DNA of 64,000 nucleotides, from the NCBI GenBank assembly GCA_021162685.1, contig JAGGYF010000026.1:21557-85556 (forward strand). The letters run 5' to 3'. The stretch comes from Candidatus Iainarchaeum sp. (GTDB taxonomy: Archaea > B1Sed10-29 > WALL01). The position numbers and the translations under genes are program-made. Within the stretch, counting starts at the first letter, position 1. The number at the start of each line of letters is the position of its first letter. The notes beneath the pieces are model-generated. The model did not search any database and was not told the origin of the DNA. It worked only from the letters and a program-made list of their open reading frames with translations. Shown here piece by piece: positions 62,702 through 64,000 of the stretch.

Positions 62702-63221
62702 GGTAAAAGCACGCGCGCCAAAAGATATGGAGAACAGACTGAAAAAGATAAAGGCAAAATTTGTTGGTGAGACAAAAGAAAAGAATGTCATATACAACTC
62801 AAAATTCAGAGATTTTGTCAGGACAGGAGAGATTGTTAGGGTGAGGGAAAGCAAGAATAAGATGATATTGACATATAAAAGTGTACGATATAAGAACGGG
62901 ATAAAGTATGCAGAGGAGATAGAAACAAGTGTGGAAAAACCTATATACTCTATACTTGAAAAACTCGGCTTGTTCAAAGATGTCGTTTATCACAAAAAGA
63001 GGAGAGAGTACAAGGTTGATAGTTGCAATATATTTGTGGATCATATAAGGGGTTTGGGTAAATTTATTGAGATTGAAGTTATAACAAAGGGCAGGGAAAG
63101 AGGAGGCAAAAAAATAGAGAGGATTATGCATTTGCTTGGAATAAAGGAAAATGATATTATATCTGCTTCATACCCAGAACTTGTAAGGGAAAGAATAAAT
63201 AAAGAAAAATACACAAAATGA
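62691..63221 (+). CDS. CYTH-domain protein (CyaB/thiamine triphosphatase-like triphosphate tunnel metalloenzyme)
   Basis: N-terminal EIEVK motif (MEIEVKARA), 176 aa, alternating beta-strand pattern typical of CYTH. Confidence 0.6.
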   Translation: MEIEVKARAPKDMENRLKKIKAKFVGETKEKNVIYNSKFRDFVRTGEIVRVRESKNKMILTYKSVRYKNGIKYAEEIETSVEKPIYSILEKLGLFKDVVYHKKRREYKVDSCNIFVDHIRGLGKFIEIEVITKGRERGGKKIERIMHLLGIKENDIISASYPELVRERINKEKYTK

Positions 63222-63227
63222 GGCATG

Positions 63228-64000
63228 AGACCATTCTTGAGTATGATACTGTTTATGGGACTGGTATTTGCATCAGTCCATCTCATAACACCTGTAAACA
63301 TAAATGTAAAACCACTTGAAACAATAAAGATAAGTCCTGTTGGCCCTGGCCATGAGGTCGTCTTGAAATTCCAGAGGCAGACAGGGGAGAATATCTTCTG
63401 GGATAACATACGTGTAATAAATCAGATTGACCCAGATTGGAAGATAGTGACATACTCGGATCATGATTATCTGTATTGTCTTATAGATGTACCAAAGAAC
63501 AAGCAATCAGGAGAATATACATTTGAGTTCCTTGTCTCGGATAATGAAGCATTAATCGAACCAGAGATTGCAATAGTAAAACTGTTTGTCACGTACGACC
63601 AGAATGACTTGATTGAGGTAATACCATTTGGAAAGGAGCCTGAATTTTTTGCGGATACAGATAACAATGCAACGTTCAAGATAAAGAATAAAGCACTGTC
63701 AACAGCAAGGTATGCTGTTACTTCTGAGATTGTTAATTTCCCCTCGTACGGGAGAAAAACACTCGTCCATGAATTAAAAGCAGGTGAAACAAAAGAGATA
63801 AATGTTCCGTTTAAAGTTCCTGAGGAGGGGAGGTACATACTCAAGGTGCACATATGGAGTGAGGACAATCCAACAATATCCCAAGACATACACACAGTTG
63901 TTTGGGTTAAGCCAACAATACGCTCAAAACTTAGGAGCATAGGGAGAGGGTTCCCATTGATACCAATAACAATGGCTCCATTCTACGCGCTTTTGGGGCT
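63228..64000 (+). CDS. Secreted/membrane-anchored hypothetical protein (partial, continues past window end)
   Basis: Read by eye: MRPFLSMILFMGLVFASVHLITPVNINVKPLE... open to the end of the window; N-terminal hydrophobic signal. Confidence 0.45.

Overview
The window is a 64-kb stretch of a low-GC (roughly 35%) archaeal chromosome. The archaeal assignment rests on RadB, RFC large and small subunits, archaeal-type PheRS and ThrRS, Pelota with ABCE1, a CDC48 AAA ATPase, and many pilins with archaeal class III signal peptides. Gene density is high and ATGA-type 4-nt overlaps are frequent. I found no rRNA, tRNA or CRISPR array. The first roughly 39 kb and the last roughly 12 kb are mostly housekeeping genes. 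These include TldE/TldD plus an M29 aminopeptidase, RNase Z, PheS/PheT, RfcL, an Obg-like GTPase, a ROK kinase, CDC48, RadB, a type IA topoisomerase, PyrG, an MtaB-like methylthiotransferase, RfcS, Taw3, Pelota, ABCE1, AsnB-like, ThrRS, an MFS transporter, an Nth-like glycosylase, NadA, an Lrp regulator and SpeE. Four things stand out. First, CDC48 is interrupted by a 469-aa intein carrying a LAGLIDADG homing endonuclease (21098..22504). Second, a roughly 12.5-kb minus-strand locus (39982..52544) looks like a type IV pilus (Tad/FlaI-like) system. It has a FlaI/TadA-like ATPase, two T2SF-domain membrane proteins, an A24 prepilin peptidase, at least nine class III signal peptide pilins with paralogous and repetitive 5' ends, and a lipoprotein carrying a pilin-like globular domain. 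A JAMM/MPN protease and a TctA-like permease are embedded in the same gene string. Third, a separate six-gene pilin cluster (16987..18752) sits next to an M50 site-2-type protease. Fourth, an NrdD (class III RNR)-like protein appears to lack the catalytic cysteines and the glycyl-radical domain, and lies near a radical-SAM activase homolog. Smaller items are a divergent Pelota/ABCE1 pair sharing a palindromic TATA element, a histidine phosphatase gene frameshifted at an A6 run, and a GC hairpin that may act as a terminator. Functional calls are from motif recognition by eye only. No database search was run.
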